A DNA stretch of 64,000 nucleotides from Bacteroidota bacterium (GCA_947501265.1 CANMVY010000002.1:21048-85047), one strand, 5' to 3'; counted from the first letter of the stretch, positions 50,758 to 61,050 are shown. Program-made: numbers and translations. The notes: generated by a model not told the origin, from the sequence alone.

Positions 50758-51899
50758 TTCCCAAGTTCGGGGAACATTTCAGTAACAACGCGATGGTTGT
50801 ACCTTTCGTAAGTAAACAACTGAGGAATTTCCATGGCTGATTGGGCATGATTCTCCAGCATTTCCCGATTTTCCAAGTAGGATTTCAGGAAATTACCGAT
50901 TTCCTCTGATGTGAGTTGCTCACAAACGAAGCCATGTTTTTGATGATGAACATATTGAGCAACACTGGAAACACTGCTTACCAATAAGGCATTTTTGAAC
51001 GCAGCAGCTTCAGCAATAACTTTTGGAAACCCTTCGCTGGCATTGCTTGGAAGACAAAATACATGCGATTCAGCATATGCAAGATTCAAGGCATCTCGCT
51101 TTAATGAACCTAGGAATTGGTAAGGAACCTTCAAGTTATTTTGAGCTTCGTTCATTAACTTTTCCAAATCTCGTCCTTTTCCAATGATGGTTAGCTTTCC
51201 AATTTGATTTTGAAGATGTTCAGGAAGAATTTGAATTGCTCGAATGATTCTTCCAATTCCTTTTTCTTCTTCTACTCTTCCAACGAACAAAAGATTGATT
51301 TTTTCGTCAAACTTTTTTCCTTCTGAGTGTATTCGAGCTTCTTTCAATTCCAATTCTGAAAAACAAGGATTCTCAAAGGCATGGATATGACTGGGCATGT
51401 TTGGCCATTTCCCATTTACTGCAATTTTTCCGTGTTGAAATTTGAGCATCCATTTCTTTTGTATTCCATAAGAAAATGGAGGGTTGGGATCAACCCAATT
51501 TCCTGCAAATTTGTGCCAAAATCGCTTTCCTTTCATCCACTTCCCCAATCCAATGGCGATCATCGCAGGGGTTGAAGGAGCACGGGTATGAATGAATTGA
51601 AACTTCAGCATGGTTTTCCAAATCGTTAAAATTTGGTATGGAAGAAGGAGTATTAATCGACATTTATTTTTCCAACCAGCACCGCCCAACATGGGTAAAA
51701 TAACAAAATTAATTTTCCCGGTTTCGTCGTTTCTGCCGTTTAATTGGGGTATTTGTGGATCATGAACTCCAATCCAAGTAATGGAATCGAAAATTTGAGT
51801 AAGTTTTTCAACTTCTCGTAAGGTAGGTTCAAAAACATATACTTGCCCATCCTTTCGGGCCATTCTAGTTGCAGAAACGATGAGCAAGCTTTTTTTCAT
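50754..51899 (-). CDS. Glycosyltransferase, GT4 (GT-B fold) family
   Basis: The C-terminal domain has the ..FVGRVEEEKG.. and ..FCLPSNASEGFPKVIAEAAA.. (E-x7-E) motifs. Confidence 0.75.
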   Translation of the reverse strand: MKKSLLIVSATRMARKDGQVYVFEPTLREVEKLTQIFDSITWIGVHDPQIPQLNGRNDETGKINFVILPMLGGAGWKNKCRLILLLPYQILTIWKTMLKFQFIHTRAPSTPAMIAIGLGKWMKGKRFWHKFAGNWVDPNPPFSYGIQKKWMLKFQHGKIAVNGKWPNMPSHIHAFENPCFSELELKEARIHSEGKKFDEKINLLFVGRVEEEKGIGRIIRAIQILPEHLQNQIGKLTIIGKGRDLEKLMNEAQNNLKVPYQFLGSLKRDALNLAYAESHVFCLPSNASEGFPKVIAEAAAFKNALLVSSVSSVAQYVHHQKHGFVCEQLTSEEIGNFLKSYLENREMLENHAQSAMEIPQLFTYERYNHRVVTEMFPELGN

Positions 51900-51905
51900 G
51901 ATTGA

Positions 51906-53120
51906 TTACATGTGTTTGATGACTTCCTCACCAAATTCCGAACATTTAAGCAAAGTTGCTCCTTCCATCAATCGTTCAAAATCGTACGTAACACGCTTCG
52001 AAGCAATTGCACCATTCAAACCTTTCAGGATCAAATCAGCTGCTTCGGTCCATCCCAAGAAACGGAACATCATTTCACCAGAAAGGATAACGGAACCTGG
52101 ATTTACTTTATCTAAATCAGCATATTTCGGAGCTGTTCCGTGTGTTGCTTCAAAAATCGCATGACCGGTGATGTAATTGATATTTGCTCCGGGAGCAATT
52201 CCAATTCCACCGACTTGAGCAGCCAACGCATCAGAAACATAATCACCGTTCAAATTTAATGTGGCAATCACATCGTAATCGGCTGGACGTAGGAGGATTT
52301 GTTGAAGGAATGCATCTGCAATGGAATCTTTGATGATGATTCCATTGGGGAGTTTCATCCATGGTCCGCCATCTATCAATTCAGCACCAAATTCATTTTT
52401 AGCCACTTCATAACCCCAATCGCGAAATCCACCTTCGGTAAACTTCATGATGTTTCCTTTGTGTACAATGGTAACATTTTTACGGTTGTTATCGATGGCG
52501 TATTGAATTGCTGCTCGAACCAAACGCTGGGTACCTTCTTTGGAAACGGCTTTAATTCCAAATCCAGAAGTTTCGGGGAAACGAATCTTTTTAAAACGAT
52601 CAGGAAAATTTTCGCTCAATAACTGCTTGAATTTTTGAGCATCTTCTGTTCCCTCTTCAAACTCAATTCCTGCGTAAATGTCCTCTGTATTCTCACGAAA
52701 AATGACCATATCGATTAAATGAGGCTCTTTTACTGGAGAAGGAACGCCGGCAAAATACTGAACAGGACGTAAGCAAGTGTATAGATCAAGAATTTGGCGT
52801 AGAGCAACGTTCAATGATCGAATTCCACCTCCAACTGGAGTAGTTAGGGGGCCTTTGATAGCTACCAAATGTTCACGAATAACATCTAAGGTTTCGTTGG
52901 GTAGCCAATTTCCAGTCTCTTTAAAGGCCTTTTCTCCAGCAAGAACTTCTTTCCATTCAATTTTGCGAGAATCTCCATAAGCAAGTTTTACGGCAGCATC
53001 AAAAACCTTTACAGAAGAATGCCAAATATCTGGGCCAGTACCGTCTCCAATAATGAAAGGGATAATGAGTGAATTAGGAACAATTAATTTGCCGTTGCTG
53101 ATTGAAATTTTATCCGCCAT
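51906..53120 (-). CDS. icd: NADP-dependent isocitrate dehydrogenase
   Basis: Carries the isocitrate/isopropylmalate dehydrogenase signature [26 protein letters not shown]. Length is 404 aa. Confidence 0.93.
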   Translation of the reverse strand: MADKISISNGKLIVPNSLIIPFIIGDGTGPDIWHSSVKVFDAAVKLAYGDSRKIEWKEVLAGEKAFKETGNWLPNETLDVIREHLVAIKGPLTTPVGGGIRSLNVALRQILDLYTCLRPVQYFAGVPSPVKEPHLIDMVIFRENTEDIYAGIEFEEGTEDAQKFKQLLSENFPDRFKKIRFPETSGFGIKAVSKEGTQRLVRAAIQYAIDNNRKNVTIVHKGNIMKFTEGGFRDWGYEVAKNEFGAELIDGGPWMKLPNGIIIKDSIADAFLQQILLRPADYDVIATLNLNGDYVSDALAAQVGGIGIAPGANINYITGHAIFEATHGTAPKYADLDKVNPGSVILSGEMMFRFLGWTEAADLILKGLNGAIASKRVTYDFERLMEGATLLKCSEFGEEVIKHM

Positions 53121-53137
53121 AATTTGAATGTTTTGCG

Positions 53138-53145
53138 CAAAGATA
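53138..53145 (-). promoter_or_regulatory. Candidate -7 promoter box TATCTTTG for icd
   Basis: Perfect TAnnTTTG on the minus strand, 17 nt upstream of the icd ATG (53120) and directly downstream of the terminator at 53150-53184. Confidence 0.5.
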
Positions 53146-53149
53146 GGCC

Positions 53150-53184
53150 AAAAAAAAGGTTTCTACCAGATTGGAAGAAACCTT
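53150..53184 (-). terminator. Rho-independent terminator after the lipoprotein gene
   Basis: The minus strand has AAGGTTTCT, an 11-nt loop and AGAAACCTT, followed by a run of T residues (the A-run at 53150-53157 on the plus strand). Confidence 0.7.
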
Positions 53185-53205
53185 AAACATTTTTAATGAA
53201 AGAAA

Positions 53206-53697
53206 TTATTGTTTTTCCACACCAATTTCTAAGTTAACCGGAACAGGAACCGACTGACCTGCCAAATCTAAGTTTGTTGTCGTAGTCGTTTTCCAAGTCA
53301 TGGTTGTTTTGTTGTTGGAAAGAATTGCGAAAGTTAGTGTTTGTACGGTATCCGTACGGGTAATCGTTACAGCATTTTCGGTATTGGTAAATGTTCCAGT
53401 ACCATTGAGGGTAACAGGAATGGCAGGCACGGGAAAAATCCCACCAACTGTTGTAGGTTGAGTAGAAAATGCTACGTTGAAATTGGAAGTTAGAGCTTTT
53501 CTATCAAATGAAATGGTTCCTCCAACGCCAGATCCAGTACCGTTGATGGTGGTAGTAAAGCCACCAATATTAGGGGATGCACTGTAAGTCACTGACTTCA
53601 CATTCCATGTTCCATCCAATGTTCTTGCTAATTGCTTCTCTTTAGAACATGAAACCACAGCAACAGCTGCAGTTACCAACAAAAATAATTTTTTCAT
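53206..53697 (-). CDS. Lipoprotein, lipocalin-like, function unknown
   Basis: I place the start at ATG 53697 (MKKLFLLVTAAVAVVSCS lipobox). The segment ..LDGTWNVKSVTYS.. is typical of lipocalin-like lipoproteins. The sequence is Thr/Gly-rich and beta-rich. Confidence 0.55.
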   Translation of the reverse strand: MKKLFLLVTAAVAVVSCSKEKQLARTLDGTWNVKSVTYSASPNIGGFTTTINGTGSGVGGTISFDRKALTSNFNVAFSTQPTTVGGIFPVPAIPVTLNGTGTFTNTENAVTITRTDTVQTLTFAILSNNKTTMTWKTTTTTNLDLAGQSVPVPVNLEIGVEKQ

Positions 53698-53716
53698 AGT
53701 TTCAGAATTTATCAAG

Positions 53717-53724
53717 CAAATATA
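53717..53724 (-). promoter_or_regulatory. Candidate -7 promoter box TATATTTG for the lipoprotein gene
   Basis: Perfect TAnnTTTG on the minus strand. It directly abuts the recN stop codon and lies 19 nt upstream of ATG 53697. Confidence 0.4.
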
Positions 53725-55386
53725 TCAACTTTTAAATTTGATGAGCAACTCTTCCGCATATTTTTTTAAAGAAGTACCTGACTCTTCCCCACCCAACATT
53801 TTAACCAAAGCATTTACCCTATTCTCCCCATTTACCATATGAATCATGGTTTTCGTTCTATTTTGAGAAACTTGTTTTTCAACTTGATAGTGAAAAGGTG
53901 CTTGGGCTGCAATTTGAGGCAAGTGAGTAATGGCTATTACTTGCCCGAATCCAGAAAGTTTTTTTAATAATTCGCCCACTTTAATGGCGGCCTCCCCAGA
54001 AATTCCGGCATCAACTTCATCAAAAACCAAAGTAGGCATTTCCTCTTTTTCTGATATAAGGGACTTAATTACCAAAGTAATTCGACTTAATTCACCTCCG
54101 GAAGCAATTTGATCCAACGGTTGAAGCTCCATTCCCGGATTAGCATTGAACCAAAAGCAAACTTGATCTTTGCCCGAAAAATTATCCGAAAAATCAGGCA
54201 ACGGATCAACCTTCACCTTTAACAAGGCATGAGGTAAATGAACCAACGGAAATAGGCCTTTGATTTTTCTTTCGAATTCATCCTGAATTGAAATTCTTGA
54301 ATTGGTTAATTCTAGAGCAGATTTTTCTAGTACAATGAAAGCGGAATTCAATTGCTTTTCTAAACTTCCAATTTTCATTTCCAGTTGACCATCTTCCTCT
54401 AAATCCGTCATCAATCGATCCCTCTCAGATTGCAACTCTGCTATGGTTTCAACATGATACTTTTTTAGCAATTTGTACAATTGCGACAATCTTTGTTCAA
54501 CTGCTTCTTGTCGTTTGGGATCAATTTCGAAGTTGGCCAACATACGAGAAGCATCTTCTGCAAGGTCCTTAACCTCCAAAAAAATTCCGTTCAATCTTTC
54601 CGATAATTCTGAAAAATCTTTTCCAGATTCTTTAAATCGGTGCCCTTGTTGGTTCAAAGCATAGAGTTGATTGGAAACATCTCCTTGAATTGAATTTTCA
54701 AGTTCGTTTAAAAAACGAATGATTTCTGTACTTTGATCAAGTCGTTTGAATTCGGCTTCCAATTCAATCAATTCATTTTCATTTTGAAGCGACGCCATTT
54801 CCAATTCCTCAAATCGGAATTGATTGAACTCCTTTTCTTTTGTTCGATGATTGAGTTCGTTTTTCGCTCTTTTTAATTCATTCTCAAGGAGCTTCCAATT
54901 TTGGAATGACTGAAGATAAGCGTTTCGTTCGATTTCATTCTGAGCAAACGCATCCAATGCTTCAATTTGAAACTCAGGGCTCAGAAATCGAATATTTTCT
55001 TTTTGAAGGTTTAAATGAATAAGTTTAGAACTTAACTCTTTCAACACCTGAAGCGTAACCAATGAATCGTTGATGAACGACCTGGATTTACCATCAGCAG
55101 CGACTTCTCTTCGAAGGACAATTTGGTCAGAATCTTCCAATTCAAACCTTGACAAGAAGGTGCGCAACTTTCCATTTCCGTGGAATACTCCTTCAACGCA
55201 ACATTTTTTGGAGGGATCGCGTAGTACACTTCGATCTGCTCTAGCTCCTAACAAGAGTGAAAGCGCCCCAAGTAAAATCGATTTTCCTGCACCGGTCTCA
55301 CCTGTAATGACTGAAAATCCGGAATCAAACAAGATTTCAGATTCTTCGATCAGCGCATAATTTTTTATGGAAAGTCGGATTAGCAC
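53725..55386 (-). CDS. recN: DNA repair protein RecN
   Basis: Contains MLIRLSIKNYALIE..ITGETGAGKS (Walker A), a long coiled coil and the ABC signature SGGELSR. The start codon is GTG. Confidence 0.93.
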   Translation of the reverse strand: MLIRLSIKNYALIEESEILFDSGFSVITGETGAGKSILLGALSLLLGARADRSVLRDPSKKCCVEGVFHGNGKLRTFLSRFELEDSDQIVLRREVAADGKSRSFINDSLVTLQVLKELSSKLIHLNLQKENIRFLSPEFQIEALDAFAQNEIERNAYLQSFQNWKLLENELKRAKNELNHRTKEKEFNQFRFEELEMASLQNENELIELEAEFKRLDQSTEIIRFLNELENSIQGDVSNQLYALNQQGHRFKESGKDFSELSERLNGIFLEVKDLAEDASRMLANFEIDPKRQEAVEQRLSQLYKLLKKYHVETIAELQSERDRLMTDLEEDGQLEMKIGSLEKQLNSAFIVLEKSALELTNSRISIQDEFERKIKGLFPLVHLPHALLKVKVDPLPDFSDNFSGKDQVCFWFNANPGMELQPLDQIASGGELSRITLVIKSLISEKEEMPTLVFDEVDAGISGEAAIKVGELLKKLSGFGQVIAITHLPQIAAQAPFHYQVEKQVSQNRTKTMIHMVNGENRVNALVKMLGGEESGTSLKKYAEELLIKFKS

Positions 55387-55390
55387 AGCA

Positions 55391-55398
55391 CAAATTTA
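55391..55398 (-). promoter_or_regulatory. Candidate -7 promoter box TAAATTTG, 4 nt upstream of the recN GTG start (leaderless configuration)
   Basis: The minus strand reads TAAATTTG-tgct-GTG (start at 55386). Confidence 0.4.
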
Positions 55399-55444
55399 TT
55401 GCACTTTTGACAAAGGACACCGACCTTTGCGAAAAGAATTTTTC

Positions 55445-55843
55445 ATGAAGAAATCAGCCATCATTTTATTGCTTCTTGTGGGAATTGGAGTTTTTGTGGT
55501 CATGAGCTCTGTTCAAGATGCTAGTACCTACGAAAGCTTCCAAGTTGCCGCTGAAAATCCAGAAAAGGATTATCACATTGTTGGCAAATTAGTTTTCCCT
55601 GAAAGGATGGTTTATGATCCTAAGGTAGATGCGAATTATTTTGAATTTTGGCTTCAAGATCAGAAGGGAGAAGTATCAAAAGTGATCTTGCACGAAGGAA
55701 AACCAGTTGATTTCGATCGAAATGCTCAAGCTCAAATCGTTGTTGTTGGAAATATGTCTGACGGTTTTTTTGATGCCGATCAAATGTTAACCAAATGTCC
55801 TTCTAAGTACGAGGACGAGAAAAAAGCCAATTTAAAAAAGTAA
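55445..55843 (+). CDS. ccmE: Cytochrome c maturation haem chaperone CcmE, CxxxY variant
   Basis: I place the start at ATG 55445 (MKKSAIILLLLVGIGVFVVM membrane anchor). An OB-fold-like body follows. The C-terminal ..LTKCPSKYEDE places Cys where canonical CcmE has the haem-binding His of HxxxY. Confidence 0.75.
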   Translation: MKKSAIILLLLVGIGVFVVMSSVQDASTYESFQVAAENPEKDYHIVGKLVFPERMVYDPKVDANYFEFWLQDQKGEVSKVILHEGKPVDFDRNAQAQIVVVGNMSDGFFDADQMLTKCPSKYEDEKKANLKK

Positions 55844-55847
55844 GTTT

Positions 55848-58406
55848 TTGAAAGATATTTCATACATCGGAGAACACCTTTGGGCTGGCAATATTGGCCA
55901 CATCCTCATCATTACAGCGTTTATTTCTGCCATTCTTTCAAGTATTGGGTATTTTCTATCTGCCCAGAACGAAGTGAAAAATCCGGAACAAGCTAAAAAC
56001 TGGCTTTCTTTTTCTAGAAAATCTTTTTGGATTCATGCTATTTCCGTTCTTGGTGTTTTTGGAATGCTATTCATCATCATTTACTTCCATTTTTTCGAAT
56101 ACAACTACGCTTATTCTCACTCCTCCACTACCCTACCCGTTCAATACATAGTTTCCTCCTTTTGGGAAGGGCAAGAAGGCAGCTTCCTCCTTTGGATGCT
56201 ATGGCACTCCCTTATTGGCTTGGTATTGATGTACAGCGCAAAAAAATGGGAATCACGAACACTTGCCATTTTATCGCTTATTCAAATCATCCTTGGATCC
56301 ATGCTCATTGGGGTTTACGTCGGAGATTTAAAAATTGGTTCATCCCCTTTCATTTTGGTTCGTGAAACCATGGCCAACGCTCCCATTTTTCAAAACCCCG
56401 ATTATCTAAAACTGTACCTAACAAATGGCAACGGGCTGAATCCATTGCTTCAAAACTTTTGGATGACCATCCACCCACCCGTCCTTTTCTTGGGCTTCGC
56501 AACTACAGCGGTCCCTTTTTCCTTTGCCCTTGCCTCTTTGTGGAAGAAAGATTATCAATCGTGGATTTACCCAGCTTTACCATGGACCATTTTCAACATT
56601 TGTATCCTTGGAATTGGAATCATGATGGGTGGAATGTGGGCATACGAATCCCTTAATTTTGGAGGGTATTGGGCATGGGACCCGGTGGAAAATGCTTCCC
56701 TTGTTCCATGGTTGGTGATGGTTGCCGGACTCCACACCTTGATCATTTTCAAAAACACACAAAAAGCACTTTTTTCAACCTATCTTTTGCTGATTAGTGG
56801 GTTTTTCCTCATTCTCTACGCCACCTTCCTCACTCGTAGCGGTATTTTGGGAGAATCATCGGTTCACTCGTTTACCGACCTCGGTTTAAGCGGTCAGTTG
56901 CTTATTCTCCTGATTGGTTTAGGTTTGGTCGGATACGGAATCTTTTTTCTTCGTCGGAAAGAAATCCCTGCAAAAGGAAAAGTTGATGAACAAATTGCGA
57001 GTCGAGAATTTTGGTTGTACACCGGCGCAATGATTTTGTTTGTTTCTGCTTTTCAAATCATTACCTCCACCTCCATCCCCGTCATCAACAAGGTTTTTGG
57101 AGGATTGTATGAACTGATAGCTGGCCCCATCGATCCGAAATCCTTCGAATGGGCCGGAGATGGCGTTGGGAATGCTTTGTACAAATTTTTTGGTGGCAAA
57201 CTAGCTCCACCAAAAGACGTTCATGCCCACTACCATAAATTCCAAATCCCACTCGCCATTTTAATTTTGGCGCTAACCGTTGTTGCTCAAATCATCAAAT
57301 ACAAAAAGGACCAAGGTGGGAAAGTTTTTAAGCGACTTTATACCTGGGCTGCTATTTCCATCATTCCTTCAATTGCGGTATTCTACTTCTCTGAATATCA
57401 AGCAAATCAATGGATTTTCTTGCTTTATTTATGGGCTTGTTTTTTCAGTATTTTGGGGAACGGATCGGTGTTTGTAAGCATGTTTAAAAACATCAAAAAA
57501 CAAGGAGCTTCCATTACTCACATTGGATTTGCGGTGATGCTTTTTGGCGTACTGATTTCTTCGGCAAATAAAAAAGTCATTTCCATCAATAACAAATACA
57601 CCTACGGCGATAAATTCCAAGAGAAGGATACCCGAGAAAATTTGTATTTGAAGAAAAATGTTTCCGACACCATTGGAAAACATATTGTTACGTATTTGGG
57701 CGACACGGTGGCCGAACCCAACCACTATTACAAGATTAAATTTCAGAACGGCTCGGAAAGTTTTATCCTTCAACCCAATGCTCAACTCAATCCGAAAATG
57801 GGATTAATTTCTAATCCTGATACCAAGCACTACCTTTATAAAGATATTTTCACCTACGTTTCACAGGTTACTGATAAATCGAAAGTTGACCAAGAAGAAA
57901 ATCAGCTTCCTCCCAAAGAGTTTTCCATGAATGCGTCAGGTGGCGATACCATTTTGTTAAAGAACAATTTAATTTCATTAACGAAAATTGAACCAGGAAT
58001 AGCCCACTTGAGCAAGGAAGAACAAAAAGTTCTAGAGAACGCACAGGCTGCACTAACTGCCAATTTTAATTGCACCTCCACCGAAGGAAGATCGTTCAGC
58101 ATCAAAGCTGTTTACGCGGTAGTTGATAACAAAGAATTCCGTTTCGATGGTTACGATGAAGAATCTGGATTGCGCATTTCCGTAAATCGACTCAATATCG
58201 ACCCCAACGATCCGACCAAGGCAAGTGCCAACTTCACCGCTTTTGAACGAAAAGAAGCTTTTGTTGATTACATTATCTTGAAAGCCATTGAATTTCCATG
58301 GATTCAATTGGTTTGGTGGGGAAGCATGATCATGATGATTGGCTTCTATTTCTCCATTATGCATCGATACCGTGAAACCCTTCGCTTCGAGTCGAAAAAT
58401 GAATAA
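55848..58406 (+). CDS. ccmF: Cytochrome c-type biogenesis protein CcmF-like (haem lyase family), extended C-terminus
   Basis: TTG start. The protein is polytopic, with the W-rich haem-handling motif WAYESLNFGGYWAWDPVENASLVPW. Length is 852 aa. Confidence 0.85.
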   Translation: MKDISYIGEHLWAGNIGHILIITAFISAILSSIGYFLSAQNEVKNPEQAKNWLSFSRKSFWIHAISVLGVFGMLFIIIYFHFFEYNYAYSHSSTTLPVQYIVSSFWEGQEGSFLLWMLWHSLIGLVLMYSAKKWESRTLAILSLIQIILGSMLIGVYVGDLKIGSSPFILVRETMANAPIFQNPDYLKLYLTNGNGLNPLLQNFWMTIHPPVLFLGFATTAVPFSFALASLWKKDYQSWIYPALPWTIFNICILGIGIMMGGMWAYESLNFGGYWAWDPVENASLVPWLVMVAGLHTLIIFKNTQKALFSTYLLLISGFFLILYATFLTRSGILGESSVHSFTDLGLSGQLLILLIGLGLVGYGIFFLRRKEIPAKGKVDEQIASREFWLYTGAMILFVSAFQIITSTSIPVINKVFGGLYELIAGPIDPKSFEWAGDGVGNALYKFFGGKLAPPKDVHAHYHKFQIPLAILILALTVVAQIIKYKKDQGGKVFKRLYTWAAISIIPSIAVFYFSEYQANQWIFLLYLWACFFSILGNGSVFVSMFKNIKKQGASITHIGFAVMLFGVLISSANKKVISINNKYTYGDKFQEKDTRENLYLKKNVSDTIGKHIVTYLGDTVAEPNHYYKIKFQNGSESFILQPNAQLNPKMGLISNPDTKHYLYKDIFTYVSQVTDKSKVDQEENQLPPKEFSMNASGGDTILLKNNLISLTKIEPGIAHLSKEEQKVLENAQAALTANFNCTSTEGRSFSIKAVYAVVDNKEFRFDGYDEESGLRISVNRLNIDPNDPTKASANFTAFERKEAFVDYIILKAIEFPWIQLVWWGSMIMMIGFYFSIMHRYRETLRFESKNE

Positions 58407-59133
58407 AATCGTTTTCATCGGTTGGGGAAATGTTGCACAACAACTTTCTTTTCCATTTCAATCCATTGGCTTCGAAATCGTTCAAGTAGTTACGCATCAC
58501 TCAATTAGCCCCTTCCCAACGGTTCACGAAATCAGCCAAATCAACCGCTCGGCAGATGTTTATTTCATCGCCGTTACCGATGATCAACTGCCCGAAATTG
58601 TTCAAAAATTACCTCAACTTGATGGATTGATTTTGCATTGTTCTGGTTCTTTGGGTGCAAATATCTTGTCGAATCATAAACGGCATGGCGTACTTTATCC
58701 GCTGCAAACCTTTCGAAAAGAAACTAAAGTCGATTTGAGAGATGTTCCCTTCTTTCTTGAGTCCAATTCTTCTTTCGATTTAGAAGTAATGAACAAATGG
58801 GTAAAAGCGTGGGGAGGAAATTCATACAACGTGAGCCCCGAACAAAAACAAAAAATTCATCTCGCAGCCGTATGGGCAATGAATTTCTCCAATGCTATGT
58901 ATTTGGTTTCCGAGAAAATTTTAAAAGAAGTCGATATTCCTTTCGAAATTTTAAGTCCCTTACTGAAGCAAGCACAAAAAAATGCGTTTAATTTGGGTCC
59001 CAAAAAAGCCCAAACTGGACCTGCCATTCGAAAAGATGAACAACTCATCCAAAAACAAAGTCAGCAAATGACCGAAGAGTTGGAAAAAACCATTTATTTA
59101 GCCATCAGTAAACTCATTCAAGAAAACACATGA
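58399..59133 (+). CDS. Rossmann-fold plus DUF2520-domain protein (ProC-like putative oxidoreductase)
   Basis: I place the start at ATG 58399 (MNKIVFIGWGNVAQQL dinucleotide fold). The C-terminal ..QTGPAIRKDEQ.. is typical of DUF2520. Confidence 0.65.
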   Translation: MNKIVFIGWGNVAQQLSFPFQSIGFEIVQVVTHHSISPFPTVHEISQINRSADVYFIAVTDDQLPEIVQKLPQLDGLILHCSGSLGANILSNHKRHGVLYPLQTFRKETKVDLRDVPFFLESNSSFDLEVMNKWVKAWGGNSYNVSPEQKQKIHLAAVWAMNFSNAMYLVSEKILKEVDIPFEILSPLLKQAQKNAFNLGPKKAQTGPAIRKDEQLIQKQSQQMTEELEKTIYLAISKLIQENT

Positions 59134-59648
59134 ATCCACTAGAAAAACTTCAAAAGATATCCACTTTTGTATTCGATTTCGATGGTGTTTTGACCAACGG
59201 ATCACTCATTCTTACCGAAGGTGGTGAAGAACGACGAACCATGAACATTTACGACGGTTATGCCATTCGCCATGCTGCCAACGAAGGATTTAAAATATTC
59301 ATTATCTCGGGCAGCACCATCCCAGGCGCTCGAACGCGACTATCAAAATTAGGAGCAGTGGAATCATTTTTCGGGATCCACGATAAACACGAAGTTCTCA
59401 TGGGAATTTTTAAAAAACACGATCTTTCATCGGAAGAAGTTTTGTACATGGGCGATGATGTTCCCGACTTTGAAGCCATGCAGGCCTGTGGCGTTCGCGC
59501 ATGTCCACCCAATGCCATGCCTGAAATTTTCTCCAATGTCGATCTGATCACTTTGGCCAAAGGAGGCGAAGGGGCGGTTCGGGAAATCATTGAAAAAACG
59601 CTACGGATTCAAGACAAATGGAATTCGATTTCCATCCACCAAGCATGA
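59130..59648 (+). CDS. kdsC: 3-deoxy-D-manno-octulosonate 8-phosphate phosphatase (HAD-IIIA)
   Basis: Contains the HAD motifs FVFDFDGVLTNG and YMGDDVPD. Length is 172 aa. Confidence 0.85.
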   Translation: MNPLEKLQKISTFVFDFDGVLTNGSLILTEGGEERRTMNIYDGYAIRHAANEGFKIFIISGSTIPGARTRLSKLGAVESFFGIHDKHEVLMGIFKKHDLSSEEVLYMGDDVPDFEAMQACGVRACPPNAMPEIFSNVDLITLAKGGEGAVREIIEKTLRIQDKWNSISIHQA

Positions 59649-60490
59649 GTATTTTAAAATCACTGCGCCTTCTTAATGCCCTTTTTGTTTCCATGGCCGT
59701 ATTTGCAGCCTATCAAAAATGGATTTCTAATTCCAATGCATTGGCTGTTCAATTGGCCGTGATTGTGTTTTTTGGCGTTCTCTTTGCCAATGCTTTGAAT
59801 AATTTTTTAGATTATGAGGTCGATATTGCCAACCAAAAGTTTACCAAAGTAACTCGTAAACAAAGAGGTTGGCTGGCCAGAATTTTGGGAGTTATCTCCT
59901 TGCTTATGATTCCCACATTTTCTTCAGGCCACCTCAGCACTGCCCTTTATTTTTTGTGGTTTATCAGCGTGGCCTACAACCTCATTCAAACCAAAAACAA
60001 AGGCTGGTGGGGAGGAATCTTAGTTTCCTTCTCTTTGGCCTTTTCCATCATGTTACCGTTTTGGAGTAAGCCCAACTTTTCTCTTTCAGAATTCTTTCAA
60101 GAGCTACTTTCACATGAAAAGTCAAAGGTTGAATTCGCGGGATTTTTTTTAATCATCTTCTCCCTTTCCCTCATGAGAGAATATTTAAAAGATATTCAGG
60201 ATGCTTCCGGCGACCAGCAACATCAAAAGAAAACCTGGGCTCCTTTAGCTTCAAATCAGGTTTTTAAAGGAGTCATTTTTTTATTAATTGTCCTCTTGTG
60301 GTTGGGATTTGCTCATTTATTTATCCTTGAAAAATCTTCCCTTTTTAAATTGGTTTGGGTATTTCTCCCAGCCATATCATTCCCTTTGTTATTGAGCAAC
60401 TTGAAAAACGATCTTCGTAACCAAGCTTCTTTTTATCAGAAATACTTAAAATTTTACCTGTTTATTGGAACAGTCACGCTTTTTTTATGA
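59645..60490 (+). CDS. UbiA-family prenyltransferase, polytopic membrane protein
   Basis: Contains the NxxxDxxxD motif (NNFLDYEVD) and 7-8 hydrophobic helices. I place the start at ATG 59645 (ATGA overlap). Confidence 0.65.
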   Translation: MSILKSLRLLNALFVSMAVFAAYQKWISNSNALAVQLAVIVFFGVLFANALNNFLDYEVDIANQKFTKVTRKQRGWLARILGVISLLMIPTFSSGHLSTALYFLWFISVAYNLIQTKNKGWWGGILVSFSLAFSIMLPFWSKPNFSLSEFFQELLSHEKSKVEFAGFFLIIFSLSLMREYLKDIQDASGDQQHQKKTWAPLASNQVFKGVIFLLIVLLWLGFAHLFILEKSSLFKLVWVFLPAISFPLLLSNLKNDLRNQASFYQKYLKFYLFIGTVTLFL

Positions 60491-61050
60491 AGAATTGGAA
60501 CATTTTATTGGCATCGCAAAGTCCGCGAAGAAAACAATTGTTGGAGATGATCGATCTATCTCCCACCATCATTCGTGTTGATGTTGAAGAGGTATACCCG
60601 TCCGAATTGCCTTTCATGGAAGTTCCCGTTTATCTGTCACAACTTAAGGCAAAATTCGCTGAATCTAGCAACGAAAATGATCTTGTTATTACAGCCGACA
60701 CCGTCGTAATTCTTGAAAATGAATTACTTGGAAAACCTAAAAACATGGAAGATGCGCATTCCATGCTGCAAAAATTGTCGGGAAAAACCCATCAAGTGGT
60801 AACCGGTGTAACACTCAAATCTAACTCCAAAACAACCTCATTTTCAGAGGTGACCAAGGTTTCATTTCAAGATTTAACCCATTCTGAAATAGAATATTAC
60901 CTATCCCAATATCAACCTTTGGATAAAGCGGGAAGTTATGGAATTCAAGAATGGATTGGCGGCGTTGGAATGAAAAAAATTGAGGGATGTTTTTACAATG
61001 TGATGGGACTACCCACCTCACGATTGTTTCAGGAGCTCAAGTTGTTTTGA
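60487..61050 (+). CDS. maf: Maf-family nucleoside triphosphate pyrophosphatase
   Basis: Contains LASQSPRRKQLL, ..ITADTVV.. and ..KAGSYGIQ... Confidence 0.9.
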   Translation: MKNWNILLASQSPRRKQLLEMIDLSPTIIRVDVEEVYPSELPFMEVPVYLSQLKAKFAESSNENDLVITADTVVILENELLGKPKNMEDAHSMLQKLSGKTHQVVTGVTLKSNSKTTSFSEVTKVSFQDLTHSEIEYYLSQYQPLDKAGSYGIQEWIGGVGMKKIEGCFYNVMGLPTSRLFQELKLF

